Below, piece by piece: positions 12,501 to 27,200 of a DNA stretch of 64,000 nt. The stretch is taken from NCBI GenBank assembly GCA_963575745.1, contig CAUYUJ010000019.1, forward strand, positions 1 to 64,000, given 5' to 3'. This DNA comes from Prorocentrum cordatum (lineage: Eukaryota). The translations under genes were made by a program, and so were the position numbers. The notes beneath the pieces were generated by a model. It did no database searches, was not told the DNA's origin, and saw only the letters and a program-made list of their open reading frames with translations. Position 1 is the first letter of the stretch. Every line of letters starts with the position of its first letter.

Positions 12501-15500
12501 TTTCTGCTTAACTCGAGCTGTAGGGCAGCTACAGTGCTGGTTAGCACAGCTATCGCACTCAGAATCATCAGGCGCGTTCGCCTGACGAATACATAGGTTT
12601 GAACTCGGTCTGCTAGCCGAGCTACGTGCGCAAACCTATTCGTATTATCCGATTCAACTTGATACGCGTGGTGGGTATTTTGTACTTATTCCGAGCTGCA
12701 GGGCAGCTACAGTGCTGGTAAGCACGCCTATCGCACTCAGAATCATCAGGGGTGTTCGTCCGCCTGTTGGATCCAGAGCTCGGAACTCGGTCTGCTGTCC
12801 AAATTAGATCGGCACAACTTCTATATTGTTCGAGTCATTCTCAAAAGTGCTGTCGGTTTTCTGCACCTAACTCGGGCCTGTAGGGGGGCGGCAGGGCTGG
12901 TGACAGAAGTCGATTCGAAGACATCAGACGCGTCCACCTGTCGCATTCAGAGGTCAACAAATATTTACTATAAGTCGGAATGTTGGATGCGCGGTTTTCT
13001 CAACTAACATCAAGGTAGGAAGCTCTACGAGTCCCCGGCGGTGACAAAGGTTGACGGTTTACCGCCGGCGCCCAGTTGGCCCACCCGGCCAGAAAGGACA
13101 ATGTGACAACTTTTAGGTGGTTTTGCGATTTTTTGAAATATATTTGACAATTCATTTTGAGAAAGTAGATTTTTACGCCGAGCATTAGGATATAAACTTT
13201 GTTTCCTCAGCAGCTCAGCTCTCTAGAGGCAGTTTTAGTATCAGTTGACTTCCGGGAACCGACTTCATGTTGACTCCGAAAAAATCGGAATTTTACGTTT
13301 TTCTGGAAAAGCTCCCATAAGCTCTTCGGTTTGATTCTGAGCTTTCTCACGTGCAAGGAGCTCTACGAGGTTCCCGGCGGTGACCAGGTTGACGGTTCAC
13401 CGCCGGCGCCAGTCTCGACGGACCTTTTGATGAACTTTGGTCGTATGAAAATTTTGTTCTCGAAATTTGACAATTCGTTAGAGCTCTAGTATTTTTTCTC
13501 ATGATATTCGATCTTATTCCCGCTCGCCATCTTGATCTCAGCTCGATCGGGTAACTTTGAAGGCCAAAAAGCAGGCAGGCGGGAACGGCCGTTTCGAGTC
13601 ATCTTGATACGCGTTGTCGATATTTTCTACTCAACTCGAGCTGTAGGGCTACAGTGCTGGTAAGCACACCTATCGCACTCAGAATCATCAGGCGCGTTCG
13701 CCTTCAATCCATAGATCTGAACTCGGTCTGCTAGTCGAGCTAGGTCCGGAAACCTCTTCGTATTATTCGAGTCAACTTGATACGCGTTGTCGGGTTTCTC
13801 TGCTCAACTCGAGCTGTCGGGCAGCCGCAGTGCTGGTAAGCACACCTATCGCACTGAGAATCATCACGCGCGTTCGTCTGTTGAATCCAGAGGTCTGAAC
13901 TCGGTCCGCTAGCCGAGCTAGGTCCGCAAATCTATTCGTATTATTCGAGTCATCTTGACAGACGCTCTCGATTTTCTGTACTTAACTCGAGCTGTAGGGC
14001 AGCTACAGGGCTCATTGTCACAGACACCGATGGGGAACCATCAGTCGCGTTCGTCTACTGAAACGAGAGCTCTGAACTCGGTCTGCCTCCCGAGCTAGGC
14101 TCGCAAAACTATTCGTTTTGTCCAAGTGATCTTAAGAAATGCTCTCGGTTTTCTGCTTTTAACTCGTGTTTGGGGCCGGCTACAGTACTGCGGGTCACAC
14201 ATATCGATTTGAACACATCAGGCGCGTTTTTCGGTCGATTCCAGCTCGGAACTCGGTCTGCTCGAACTAGGTCCGCAAAACTATTCTATTATTCGAGTCG
14301 ATACTGCCGGTTTTCTGCACTTAACTCGGGCGGGCTGCAGGACTGGGAATGACATGAGTGGATTCGCAGACATCGGACGCGGCCGCCTGTCGCATTCAGA
14401 GGTCTGGTCTCGGTTTGATAATCGAACTGGGTTGCGAAACCGGTTGGTTTTTGTTAGCGTTATCTTGAGAGGTTTGAAATCGCTTGGGCTGAAAAACTAG
14501 TCGTTCTTTGGAGTTTTTTCCCACACTTTATATTTTCAGGAAGCTCTATGAGTCCCCCGGCGGTAAGAAAGGTTGACGGTTTACCGCCGTAGAGCTTCCC
14601 TTAGCTAGTTATAGCTGGAAGCTAAGAGTAATTCCGGCGCGCCCAGAGCTAGTTGGCAAGAAAAATCTCGACGGAACTTTTGATGACTTTTGCTCGGTTG
14701 AAAATTTTGTTCTCGAAATTTGACGATTCGTTAGAGCTCTAGTATTTTTTCCCGTGATATCCGATCTTATTCCCGCTCGCCATCTTGATCTCAGCTCGAT
14801 CGGGTAACTTTGAAGGCCAAAAAGCACTGTGGCGGGAACGGCGGTTTTGAGTCATCTTGATACGCGCTGTCGGTTTTCTGAACATAACTCGAGCTCTAGG
14901 GCAGCTACAGAGCTGGTAAGCACAGCTTATGCATGCAGAATGATCAGGCGCGTTCGCCTGTTGAACCCAGAGGTCTGAACTCGGTCTGTGAGCCGAGTTC
15001 GTATTATTCGAGTCATCTTGACAGACACTCTCGGTTTTCTGGTCTTAATTCGAGCTGTAAGACAGCTACAGAGCTGGCAAGCACATCTATCGCAGTCAGA
15101 ATCATTAGGCGCGTTCGCCTGTTAAATCTAGAGGTCTGAACTCGGTCTGCTAGCCGAGCTAGGTCCGCAAACCTATTCGTATTATTTGGGTCATCTTGAT
15201 AGGTGTCCTCGGTTTTCTGTACTCAACTCGAGCCGTAGGGCAGCTACAGAGCTCGTACTCACAGAAATCAATTGGAAATCACCAGGCGCCTTTGTTCGTT
15301 GACTCGAGAGCCCTGAACTTGGCCTGCTGCCCGAGCTAGGTTCTCAAAACTATTCGTATTGTTCGAGTCATCCTGAGAAGTGCTGTCGGTATTTCGTGCT
15401 GGGGGGAGGCTACAGTGCTGCTGGGGACAGCAATCGATTTAGAGACATCAGGCGCATCCGCCTGCGGAGACCAGAGCTCGGAACTCGTCTGCTGCCTGAA

Positions 15501-15776
15501 TTAGGTCTGCGAAACTACTGTATTGTTGGAGTCATCCTGAGAGGTGCTGTCAGTTTTCTGCACTTAACTCGGGCTGTAGGGGGGCTGCAGGGCCGGTAAT
15601 GATAGAAGTCGACTCGCAGACGTCAGACGCGTCCGCCTGTCGCATTGAGAGGACACAAAATATTTACTATGAGTCGGAATGTTGGTAGGTCCTCGGTGTT
15701 CTCAACTTCGTCGAGCTGGAAGCTCTACGAGTCTCCCGGCGGTAACCAAGGTTGACGGTTTACCGCCGGCGTCCAG

Positions 15777-16174
15777 TACCTCGTAGAGCTCTTCGGCATC
15801 GATGAGCTAGAGGAATTCCGGCGCGGGGTGGAGCTAGTTGGCCCAGCCGGCCGAGGCGGACAATGTGACAACTTTTGGGTGGTTTTGCAATTTTTTGAAA
15901 GATATTTGACAATTCATTTTGAAAAAGCAGATTTTTACTCCGAGCATTGAGATATAAACTTCGTTCCCTGAGCAGCTCAGCCCTCTAGAGTCAGTTTCAG
16001 TACCAGTTCACTTGGAGGAACCGACTTCATGTCAACTCCGAAAAATCTCAACTTGAAGTTTTTGTAGAAAAGCTCCCAGAAGCTCCTGCTTTGATGCTGA
16101 GCTTTCTCACGGATTCAAGGAGCTCTACGAGGTTCCCGGCGGTGACCAGGTTGACGGTTCACCGCCGGCGCCAG
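15777..16174 (+). mobile_element. Full-length family B element (398 bp)
   Basis: 5' TACCTCGTAGAGCTC ... 3' GAGCTCTACGAGG-TTCCCGGCGGTGA..TCACCGCCGGCGCCAG. No 178-bp array. Confidence 0.8.
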
Positions 16175-17309
16175 TTCCGGCGCGCTGGAGAGCTAGTTGG
16201 CTCGAAAAAAAAGAACTGAACTTTTGACGACCTTTGGTCGGTTGAAAATTATGTTCTCGAAATTTGACAATTCGTTTGTGCTCTAGTATTTTTTCCCGTG
16301 ATATTCGATCTTATTCCCGCTCGCCATCTTGATCTCAGCTCGATCGGGTAACTTTGAAGGCCAAAAAGCACACTCGCGGGATCGGCCGTTTCGAGTCACC
16401 TTGATACGCGCTGTCGGTTTTCTCAAGATAACTCGAGCTTCAAGACAACTACAGAGCTGGTCAGCACAGCTAATGCATTCAGAATCATTAGGCGCGTTCG
16501 CCTGTTGAATCCAGAGGTCTGAACTCGGTCTGCTAGCCGAGCTAGGTCTGCAAACCTATTCGTATTAATGGAGTCAACCGCGTTGTCGGTATTTTCTTTT
16601 TAACTCGAGCTGTAGGGCAGCTACAGTGCTGGTGAGCACAGCTATCGCACTCAGGATCATCAGGCGCGTTCGTCTGTTGAATCCATAGGTATGAACTCGG
16701 TCTGCTAGCCGAGCTAGGTCCGCAAACCTATTCGTATTATTCGAGTTATCTTGATACGCGTTGTCGGTATTTTCTACTCAACTCGAGCTGTAGGGCAGCT
16801 AGAGTGCTGGTAAGCACACCTATCGCACTCAGAATCATCAGGCGCGTTCGCGTGTTGAATCCATAGGTCTGAACTCGTCTGCTAGCCGAGCTAGGTCCGC
16901 AAACTTATTCGTATTATTCGAGTCAACTTGATACGCGCTGTCGGTTTTTTGTATTTCATTCGAGCTGCAGGGCAGCTACAGAGCTGATAAGCACACCTAT
17001 CGCACTCAGAATCATTAGGCGCGTTCGCCTGTCGAATCCATAGGTCTGAACTCGGTCTGCTAGTCGGGCTAGGTCCGCAAACCTATTCGTAGTATAGGTG
17101 CTCTCGGTTTTCTCCACTTAAGTCGAGCTTGGAAGCTCTACGATTTCCCCGGCGGTAACCAAGGTTGACGGTTTACCGCCGGCGCCCAGTAATTCCGGCG
17201 CGCTGGAGAGCTAGAAACTCGTGCAGCTTCCCTTAGCTAGTTATAGCTGGAAGCAAAGAGTAACTCGTAGAGCTTCCCTTAGCCAGTTATAGCTGGAATC
17301 TAAGAGTAA

Positions 17310-18272
17310 TACCTCGTAGAGCTCTTCGAAGCAGAGCTAAGAGGAATTCGGGCGCAGGGTGGAGCTAGTTGGCCGACCGCGCATTAAGAGACAATGTGTT
17401 AACTTTGGGCCGAGTTTCTAATGTTTGTGAAAAATTTCAAAATTCGTTTTGAGAACGGGTATTTTTCTCACGTATAGTAGCTTATGCCGCGACTGCCAGT
17501 TAAATTCTGAGGCCCGTAGCTGCAATATTACTATCAAAACACTTGCTGGAACCGACGGCTGTTTCGAGTCATCTTGACACGCATCCACGGTTTCTGTACT
17601 TATCTCGGTTATAGGACAGCTGCAGAGTTGTTGCTTACAGAAACGTATTAGGCGCGTGCATCTGTTCGATCTACAGCTCTGAACTCGGTCTGCTGCTCGA
17701 GCCGGGTCCGCAAACTTTGTATTGTTCGAGTCACTTGTAAGCGTCCGAAAGCCGGATAGCGAAGGCAAGCGCGGAACGTCGCACGGACCTCTGCCAAGCC
17801 GCCTGAAACGTTGCGCGGGACGCTGAAAACCTCGCAGGAGATGCTTGCAGAGGCGCCGTTTACGATGCGTGTGGCCCTGGAAAGCGCGAAAGGAAGATCT
17901 GCCTAGGAGCCTGGAAGAACTGCCGAAGCTTTTCCGAAGCTCTGCCGAAGCGCTTCGCGCACCCTGGAGCCACGCGTATTGGGAAACGCTAGGAAGCCAC
18001 GCTCCCGGACACGCTGCAACCTCCGGCAGGGCGCTGAGGGGATCGTGGACCGGCGGAGGTGGGCGTGTGCTCCGCACCACCCACCGCCGGCTTCTTCTCT
18101 GAAACCCTCAGCTCTCCAAGGAGCTATCCGGGAGTTTTGATTGTCCGTTTTCTGTACTGAACTCGCGAGATCTTGAAACAAAAATCTCAATGTGTAGTGG
18201 GCAGCGCCGCGCAAGAAAGCTCTACGAGGCTTCCGGTGGTAACCTGGTTGACGGTTTACCGCCGGCTCCCAG
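17310..18272 (+). mobile_element. Family C element nested in the head of a family A element
   Basis: Host GAGTAA^TTCCGGCG is split exactly (17309/18273). Head TACCTCGTAGAGCTC and 3' hairpin ending CTCCCAG. Contains an unrelated GC-rich insert. Confidence 0.7.
17737..18138 (-). repeat. GC-rich dispersed repeat (family D) fragment, opposite orientation
   Basis: Reverse complement matches 43189-43411 and partly 55240-55490. Boundaries approximate. Confidence 0.65.
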
Positions 18273-21200
18273 TTCCGGCGCGCTGGAGAGCTAGTTGGCA
18301 AGAAAAATCTCGACGGAACTTTTGGTGACTTTTGCTCGGTTGAAAATTTCGTTCTCAAAATTCAACAATTCGTTTGAGCTCTAGTATTTTTTCCCGTGAT
18401 ATTCGATCTTATTCCCGCTCGTCATCTTGATCTCAGCTCGATCGGGTAACTTTGAAGGCCAAAAAGCACTCTGGCGGGAACGCCCGTTTCGAGTCATCTT
18501 GATACGCGCTGTCTGTTTTCTGAACATAACTCGAGCTCTAGGGCAGCTACAGAGCTGGTAAGCACAGCTAATGCATGCAGAATGATCAGGCGCGTTCGCC
18601 TGTTGAACGCAGAGGTCTGAACTCGGTCTGTCAGCCGAGCTAGCTCCGCAAACCTGTTTGTATTATTCGAGTCAACTTGATACGCGTTGTCGGTATTTTC
18701 TACTTAGGGCAGCTACAGTGCTGGTAAGCACTCGTATCGCACTCAGAATGATCAGAGGCGTTCGTCTGTTGAATCCATAGGTATGAACTCGGTCTGCTAG
18801 CCGAGCTAGGTTCGCAAACCTATTCGTATTATTCGAGTTATCTTGATACGCGTTGTCGGTATTTCCTACTTAACTCGAGCTGTAGGGCAGCTGCAGTGCT
18901 GGTACGCACACGTATCGCTCAGAATCATTAGGCGCGTTCGCCTGTTCAATCCAGAGCTCTGAACTCAGTCTGTTGCGCGATCCAGAATCAACTCTTCGCA
19001 TTCTTCCAGTCATCTTGAGAGCTACTGTCGGCGTTCTGCACTGAATTCGGGCTGTAGGGAGGCTGCAGGGAGGGTAATCACAGGAATCGATTCGGAGATA
19101 TCCGACGCCTCTGTCTGCTGCATTCAGAGGTCCGAACTCGGTCTGATACTCGAGTTGGGCTGAAAAACTATTCGTTCTCTGCAATTTTCTTCGACATTAT
19201 ATGTCGTCAGGAAGCTCTACTTTGTTGACGGTTTACCGCCGGCGCCCAGTTCCGGCGCGCTCGAGAGCTAGTTGGCAAGAAAAATCTCGACGGAACTTTT
19301 GGTGACTTTTGCTCGGTTGAAAATTTCGTTCTCGAAATTTGACAATTCGTTAGAGCTCTAGTATTTTTTCCCGTGATATTCGATCTTATTCCCGCTCTCC
19401 ATCTTCTTCTCAGCTCGATCGGGTAACTTTGAAGGCCAAAAAGCACGGTGGCGGGATCGGCCGTTTCGAGTCATCTTGATATGCGCTGACGATTTTCTCA
19501 ATATAACTCGAGCTCTAGGGCAGCTACAGAGCTGGTAAGCACAGCTAACGCATGCAGAATGATCAGGCGCGTTCGTCTGTTGAACCCAGAGGTCTGAACT
19601 CGGTCTGTCAGCCGAGCTAGGTCCGCAAACTTGTTTCTATTATTCGAGTTAACTTGATACGCGTTGTCGATATTTTCTACTCAACTCGAGCTGTAGGGCA
19701 GCTACAGTGCTGGTAAGCACAGCTATCGCACTCAGAATGATCAGACGCGTTCGCCTGTTGAATCGATAGGTCTGAACTCGGTCTGCTAGCCGAGCTAGGT
19801 CCGCAAACCTATTCGTATTATTCGAGTCAACTTGATACGCGTTGTCGGTATTTTCTACTTAACTCGAGCTGTAGGGCAGTTACAGTGCTGGTAAGCACAC
19901 CTACCGCACTCAGAATCATCAGGCGCGTTCGCCTGTTGAATCCAGAGCTCTGAACTCGGTCTGTTGCGCGTTCCAGAATCACGAAACTGTTCGTATTCTT
20001 TCAGTCATCTTGAGAGCTACTGTCGGCGTTCTGCACTTAATTCGGGCTGTAGGGAGGCTGCAGGGCGGGTAATCACAGGAATCGATTCGGAGACATCAGA
20101 CGCGTCCGTCTGTCGCATTCAGAGGTCTGAACTCGGTCAGATACTCGAGTTGGGCTGCAAAACTATTCGTCCTCTGTGCAATTTTTTCCGACAGTATATG
20201 TTGTCAGGAAGCTCTACGAGTCCCCCGGCGGTAACAAAGGTTGACGGTTTACCGCCGGCGCCCAGTTCCGGCGCGGGGTGGAGCTAGTTGGTCGACCCGG
20301 CAAGAAAGGACAAAGTGATAACTTTTGGGTGGTTTTGCAATTTTTTGAAAGATATTTGACAATTCATTTCGAGAAAGCAGATTTTTGCGCGTCGCATTGG
20401 CATATAAACTTCTCTCTGACAGCAGCTGAGCTCTGCCGATGCATTTTTGCAGGAGTTGACTTCCGGGAACCAGGCGAATATGAACATTTGAAAAAATCAA
20501 AAATTACTATTTTCGAAAAATCTCTATTTTTTGACTATGTGTCGATTCTCAGCAATCTTTCCAGTGGGAGGAGCTCTACGAGGTTCCCGGCGGTGACCAG
20601 GTTGACGGTTCACCGCCGGCGCCAGTTCCGGCGCGCTGGAGAGCTAGTTGGCAAGAAAAATCTCGACGGAACTTTTGGTGACTTTTGCTCGGTTGAAAAT
20701 GTTGTTCTCGAAATTTGACAATTCGTTAGAGCTCTAGTATTTTTTCCCGTGATATTCGATCTTATTCCCGCTCGCCATCTTGATCTCAGCTCGATCGGGT
20801 AACTTTGAAGGCCAAAAAGCACTCTGGCGGGAACGGCCGTTTCGAGTGATCTTGATACGCGTTGTCGGTATTTTGTACTAAACTCGAGCTGTAGGATAGC
20901 TACAGAGCTGGTGAGCACAACTATCGCACTCAGAATCATCAGGCGCGTTCGCCTGTCCAATCCATAGGTCTGAACTCGGTCTGCTAGCCGAGCTAGGTCC
21001 GCAAACCTATTCGTATTATTCGAGTCAACTTGATACGCGTTGTCGGTATTCTCTACTTAACTCGAGCTGTAGGGCAGCTACAGTGCTGGTACGGACACCT
21101 ATCGCACGCAGAATCATCAGGCGCGCTCGCCTGTTGAATCCATAGGTCTGAACTCGGTCTGCTAGCCGAGCTAGGTCCGCAAACCTATTCATATTATTCG

Positions 21201-24200
21201 AGTCAACTTGATGCGCGTTGTCGGTATTTTCTACTTAACTCGAGCTGTAGGGCAGCTGCAGTGCTGGTACGCACACCTATCGCACGCAGAATCATCAGGC
21301 GCGCTCGCCTGTTGAATCCAGAGCTCTGAACTCGGTCTGCTGCGCGATCGAGAATCACGAAACTCTTCGTATTCTTCCAGTTATCTTGAGAGCTACTGTC
21401 GGCGTTCTGCACTTAACTCGGGTTGTAGGGGGGCTGCAGGGCGGTTAATCACAGGAATCGATTCGAAGACATCAGACGCGTCCGTCTGTCGCATTCAGAG
21501 GCCCGAACTCGGTCTGATACTCGAGTTGGGCTGAAAAACTATTCGTTCTCTGCATTTTTTTCGACATTATATGTTGTCAGGAAGCTCTACGAGTCCCCCG
21601 GCGGTAACAAAGGTTGACGGTTTACCGCCGGCGCCCAGTTGGCAAGAAAAATCTCGACGGAACTTTTGGTGACTTTTGGTCGGTTGAAAATTTGTTCTCG
21701 AAATTTGACCATTCGTTAGAGCTCTAGTATTTTTTCCCGTGATATTCGATCTTATTCCCGCTCGCCATCTTGATCTCAGCTCGATCGGGTAACTTTGAAG
21801 GCCAAAAAGCAGGTGGCGGGAACGGCCGTTTCGAGTCATCTTGATACGCGCTGTCGGTTTTCTGAACATAACTCGAGCTCTAGGGCAGCTACAGAGCTGG
21901 TAAGCACAGCTAATGCATGCAGAATGATCAGGCGCGTTCGGCTGTTGAACCCAGAGGTCTGAACTCGGTCTGTCAGCCGAGCTAGGTCCGCAAACCTGTT
22001 TGTATTATTCTAGTCAACTTGATACGCGTTGTCGGTATTTTCTACTCAACTCGAGCTGTAGGGCAGCTAGAGTGCTGGTAAGCACTCCTATCGCACTCAG
22101 AATGATCAGACGCGTCCGCCTATTGAATCCATAGGTCTAAACTCGGTCTGCTAGGCGAGCTAGGTCCGCAAACCTATCCGTATTATTCGAGTCAACTTGA
22201 TACGCGTTGTCGGTACTTTCTACTTAACTCGAGCTGTAGGGCAGCTAGAGTGCTGTTAAGCACACCTACCGCACTCAGAATCATCAGGCGCGTTTGCCTG
22301 TTGAATACAGAGCTCTGAACTCGGTCTGTTGCGCGATCCAGAATCACGAAACTGTCCGTATTCTTCCAGTCATCTTGAGAGCTATTGTCGGCGTTCTGCA
22401 CTGAATTCGGGCTGTAGGGAGACTGCAGGGCGGGTAATCACAGGAATCGGTTCGGAGACATCAGACGCGTCCGTCTGTCGCATTCAGAGGTCTGAACTCG
22501 GTCTGATACTCGAGTTGGGCTGAAAAACTATTCGTTCTCTGCAATTTTTTCCGACAGTATATGTGTCAGGAGCTCTACGAGTCCCCGGCGGTAACAAAGG
22601 TTGACGTTTACCGCCGGCGCCCGTTCCGGCGCGCCCAGAGCTAGTCAATTCGTTAGAGCTTCCCTTAGCTAGTTATAGCTGGAAGCTAAGAGTAATTCCG
22701 GCGCGCCCCAGAGCTAGTTGGCAAGAAAAATCTCGACGGAACTTTTGATGACTTTTGCTCGGTTGAAAATTTTGTTCTCGAAATTTTACAATTCGTTAGA
22801 GCTCTATTTTTTTTTCCCGTGATATTCGATCTTATTCCCGCTCGCCATCTTGATCTCAGCTCGATCGGGTAACTTTGAAGGCCAAAAAGCTCTCTGGCGG
22901 GAACGGCCGTTTCGAGTCATCTTGATACGCGCTGTCGGTTTTCTGAACATAACTCGAGCTCTAGGGCAGCTACAGAGCTGGTAAGCACAGCTTATGCATG
23001 CAGAATGATCAGGCGCGTTCGCCTGTTGAACCCAGAGGTCTGAACTCGGTCTGTGAGCCGAGCTAGGTCCGGAAACCTGTTCGTATTATTCGAGTCATCT
23101 TGACAGACACTCTCGGTTTTCTGGTCTTAACTCGAGCTGTAAGATAGCTACAGAGCTGGCAAGCACATCTATCGCAGTCAGAATCATTAGGCGCGTTCGC
23201 CTGTTAAATCTAGAGGTCTGAACTCGGTCTGCTAGCCGAGCTAGGTCCGCAAACCTATTCGTATTATTTGGGTCATCTTGATAGGTGCCCTCGGTTTTCT
23301 GTACTCAACTCGAGCCGTAGGGCAGCTACAGAGCTCGTACTCACAGAAATCAATTGGAAATCACCAGGCGCCTTTGTTCGTTGACTCGAGAGCACTGAAC
23401 TTGGCCTGCTGCCCGAGCTAGGTTCGCAAAACTATTCGTATTGTTCGAGTCATCCTGAGAAGTGCTGTCGGTATTTCGTGCTGGGGGGAGGCTACAGTGC
23501 TGCTGGGGACAGCAATCGATTTAGAGACATCAGGCGCATCCGCCTGCGGAGACCAGAGCTCGGAACTCGTCTGCTGCCTGAATTAGGTCTGCGAAACTAC
23601 TGTATTGTTGGAGTCATCCTGAGAGGTGCTGTCAGTTTTCTGCACTTAACTCGGGCTGTAGGGGGGCTGCAGGGCCGGTAATGATAGAAGTCGACTCGCA
23701 GACGTCAGACGCGTCCGCCTGTCGCATTGAGAGGACACAAAATATTTACTATGAGTCGGAATGTTGGTAGGTCCTCGGTGTTCTCAACTTCGTCGAGCTG
23801 GAAGCTCTACGAGTCTCCCGGCGGTAACCAAGGTTGACGGTTTACCGCCGGCGTCCAGTTGGCAAGAAGAAAAATCTCGACGGACCTTTTGCTGACTTTT
23901 GGTCGGTTGAAAATTTTGTTCTCGAAATTTGACAATTCGTTAGAGCTCTAGTATTTTTTCCCATGATATTCGATCTTATTCCCGCTCGCCATCTTGATCT
24001 CAGCTCGATCGGGTAACTTTGAAGGCCAAAAAGCAGGCAGGCGGGAACGGCCGTTTCGAGTCATCTTGATACGCGCTGTCGGTTTTCTCAAGACAACTCG
24101 AGCTTCAGGACAACTACAGAGCTGGTCAGCACAGCTAATGCATTCAGAATGATCAGGCGCGTTCGCCTGTTGAATCCAGAGGTCTGAACTCGGTCTGCTA

Positions 24201-27200
24201 GCCGAGCTAGGGTCGCAAACCTATTCGTATTATTCGAGACATTGTAGCAGACGCTCTCGGTTTTTCGTACTTAACTCGATCTGTAGGGCAGCCACAGAGC
24301 TGATAATCACAGAAATCGATTGAGAATCATTAGCCGCGTTCGTCTGTTGAATCGAGAGCTCTGAACTCAGCCTGCTCCTCAAGCTAGGTTCGCGAACCTA
24401 TTCGTATTGTTCGAGTCATCTTGAGAAGTGCTCTCGGTTTTCTGTGCTTAAATCATGCTGGGGGAGGGCTACAGTGCTCCTAGTCACAGGAATCGATTTG
24501 GAGACATCAGGCGCGTCCGTTCGTCGAATCGAGAGCTCGGAACTCGGTCTGCTGCTCGATCGAGATCCGCGAAACTGTTCTATTATTCGAGTCATCCTGA
24601 GAGGTACTCTCGGTTTTCTGCACTTAACTCAGGCAGTATGGGGGGCTGCAGAGCTGGTAATCAGAAATCGATCCGCAGACATCAGACGCGTCCGCCTGTC
24701 GCATTCAGAGGTCTGAACTCGGTTTCATACTCGAGCTCCATTGGAATAATCGCTTGGGCTGAAAAACTAGTCGTTCTCTGAAATTCTTTTCTACATTATA
24801 TATTGTCAGGAAGCTCTACGAGTCCCCCGGCGGTAAGAAAGGTTGACGGTTTACCGCCGGCGCCCAGTTGGCAAGAAAAATCTCGACGGACCTTTTGCTG
24901 ACTTTTGGTCGGTTGAAAATTTTGTTCTCGAAATTTGACCATTCGTTAGAGCTCTAGTATTTTTTCCCATGATATTCGATCTTATTCCCGCTCGCCATCT
25001 TGATCTCAGCTCGATCGGGTAACTTTGAAGGCCAAAAAGCAGGCAGGCGGGAATGGCCGTTTCGAGTCATCTTGATACGCGCTGTCGGTATTTTCAACTT
25101 AAGTCGAGCTGTAGGGCAGCTAGAGTGCTGGTAAGCACACCTATCGCACTCAGAATCATCAGGCGCGTTCGCCTGTTCAATCGAGAGGTCTGAACTCGGT
25201 CTGCTACCCGAGCTAGGTCCGCAAACCTATTCGAATTATTTGAGTCAACTTGATACGCGTTGTCGGTATTTTCTGCTTAACTCGAGGTCTAGGGCAGCTA
25301 CAGTGCTGGTAAGCACACCTATCACACTTAGAATCATCAGGCGCGTCCGCCTGTTGAATCCATAGGTCTGAACTCGGTCTGCTAGCTGGGCTAGGTCCGC
25401 AAACCTATTCGTATTATTCGAGTCATCTTGACAAACGTTCTCGGTTTTCTGTACTTAACTCGAGCTGTAGGGCAGCTACAGAGCCTATAGTCACATAAAT
25501 CAATTGGGAATCATCGGGCGCGTTTGTCTGTTGTATCGAGAGCTCTGAACTCGGCCTGCTGCCCGAGCTAGGTTCGGGAAACTATTCGTATTGTCCGAAT
25601 CATCGTGCAAAGTGCTCTCAATTTTCTGCACTCAACTCGTGCTGGGGGAGGGCTACAGTGCTGCGGGTCATAGAAATCGATTTGCACACATCAGACGCAT
25701 TCGTTGGTCGATTCGAAAGCTCAGAACTTGATTTGCTGCTCGAAACAGATTCGCGAAACTATTGTATTATTCGAGTCATCCTGAGAGATGCTCTCGGTTT
25801 TCTGCACTTAACTCGGGCTGTCGGGGGGCTGCAGGGCTGGTAATCACATGAGTCGAATCGCAGACATCAGACGCGTCCGCCTGTCGCATTTCGAGGTCTG
25901 AACTCGGTCTGATACTCGAACTGGATTGCGAAACTGTTTGTTTTTTTGTTAGAGTCATGAAAACTAGTCGTTCTCTGGATTTTTTCCCACACTATATACT
26001 GTCAGGAAGCTCTACGAGTCCCCCGGCGGTAAGAAAGGTTGACGGTTTACCGCCGGCGCCCAGTAATTCCGGCGCGCCCCACAGCTAGTTGGCTCGAAAA
26101 ATCTCGACGGAACTTTTGACACTTTTGCTCGGTTGAAAATTTTGTTCTCAAATTTGACATTCGTTAGAGCTCTAGTATTTTTTCCCGTGATATTCGATCT
26201 TATTCCCGCTCGCCATCTTGATCTCAGCTCGATCGGGTGAATATTACTATCGAAAAGCACTGTGGCGGGATCGGCCGTTTTGAGTCATCTTGATATGCGC
26301 TGACGGTTTTCTGAACATAACTCGAGCTCTAGGGCAGCTACAGAGCTGGTAAGCACAGCTAATGCATGCAGAATGATCAGGCGCGTTCGCCTGTTCAATC
26401 CAGAGGTCTGAACTCGGTCTGCTAGCCGAGCTAGGGCCACAAACCTGTTCGTATTATTCAAGTCATTTTGACAGAAACTCTCGGTTTTCTGCACTTAACT
26501 CGAGCTGTAGGACAGCTACAGAGCTGATATATACATGCACCAATCCATAATCATCAGTTGCGTTTGTCTGTCGACTCCAGAGCTCTGAACTCGGCCTGCT
26601 GCCCGATCTAGAATTGCGAAACTATTCGTATCGTTCGAGTCGCTTGCGAGATAATGTCGGTTATCTGGACTTAACTCGCACTGTAGGGGGGATGCATGGC
26701 TCGTAATTACTGGAATCGATTTCAAGACATCAGGCGCGTTCGCCTGTCTAATACAGAGCTCTGAAATCTGTCTGCTGCCCGAACTAGATTCGCGACTATT
26801 CCTATTGTTCGAGTCATCCTGAGAGGTACTCTCGGTTTTCTGCACTTAACTCGGGCTGTAGGGGGGCTGCAGGGCTGGTAATGACAGAAGTCGATTCGCA
26901 GACATCAGACGCGTCCGTCTGTCGCATTCAGAGGTCAAAAACTATTCACTATGCGTCAGATTGTTAGTAAGTGCTGTCTGTTTTCTCAACTAAAGTCGAG
27001 TCAGGAAGCTCTACGAGTCCCCCGGCGGCCAAGGTTGACGGTTTACCGCCGGCGTCCAGTTGCTGGAAGCTAAGAGTAATTCCGGCGCGCCCCACAGCTA
27101 GTTGGCTCGAAAAATCTCGACGGAACTTTTGACAACTTTTGCTCGGTTGAAAATTTTGTTCTCAAAATTTGAACATTCGTTAGAGCTCTAGTATTTTTTC

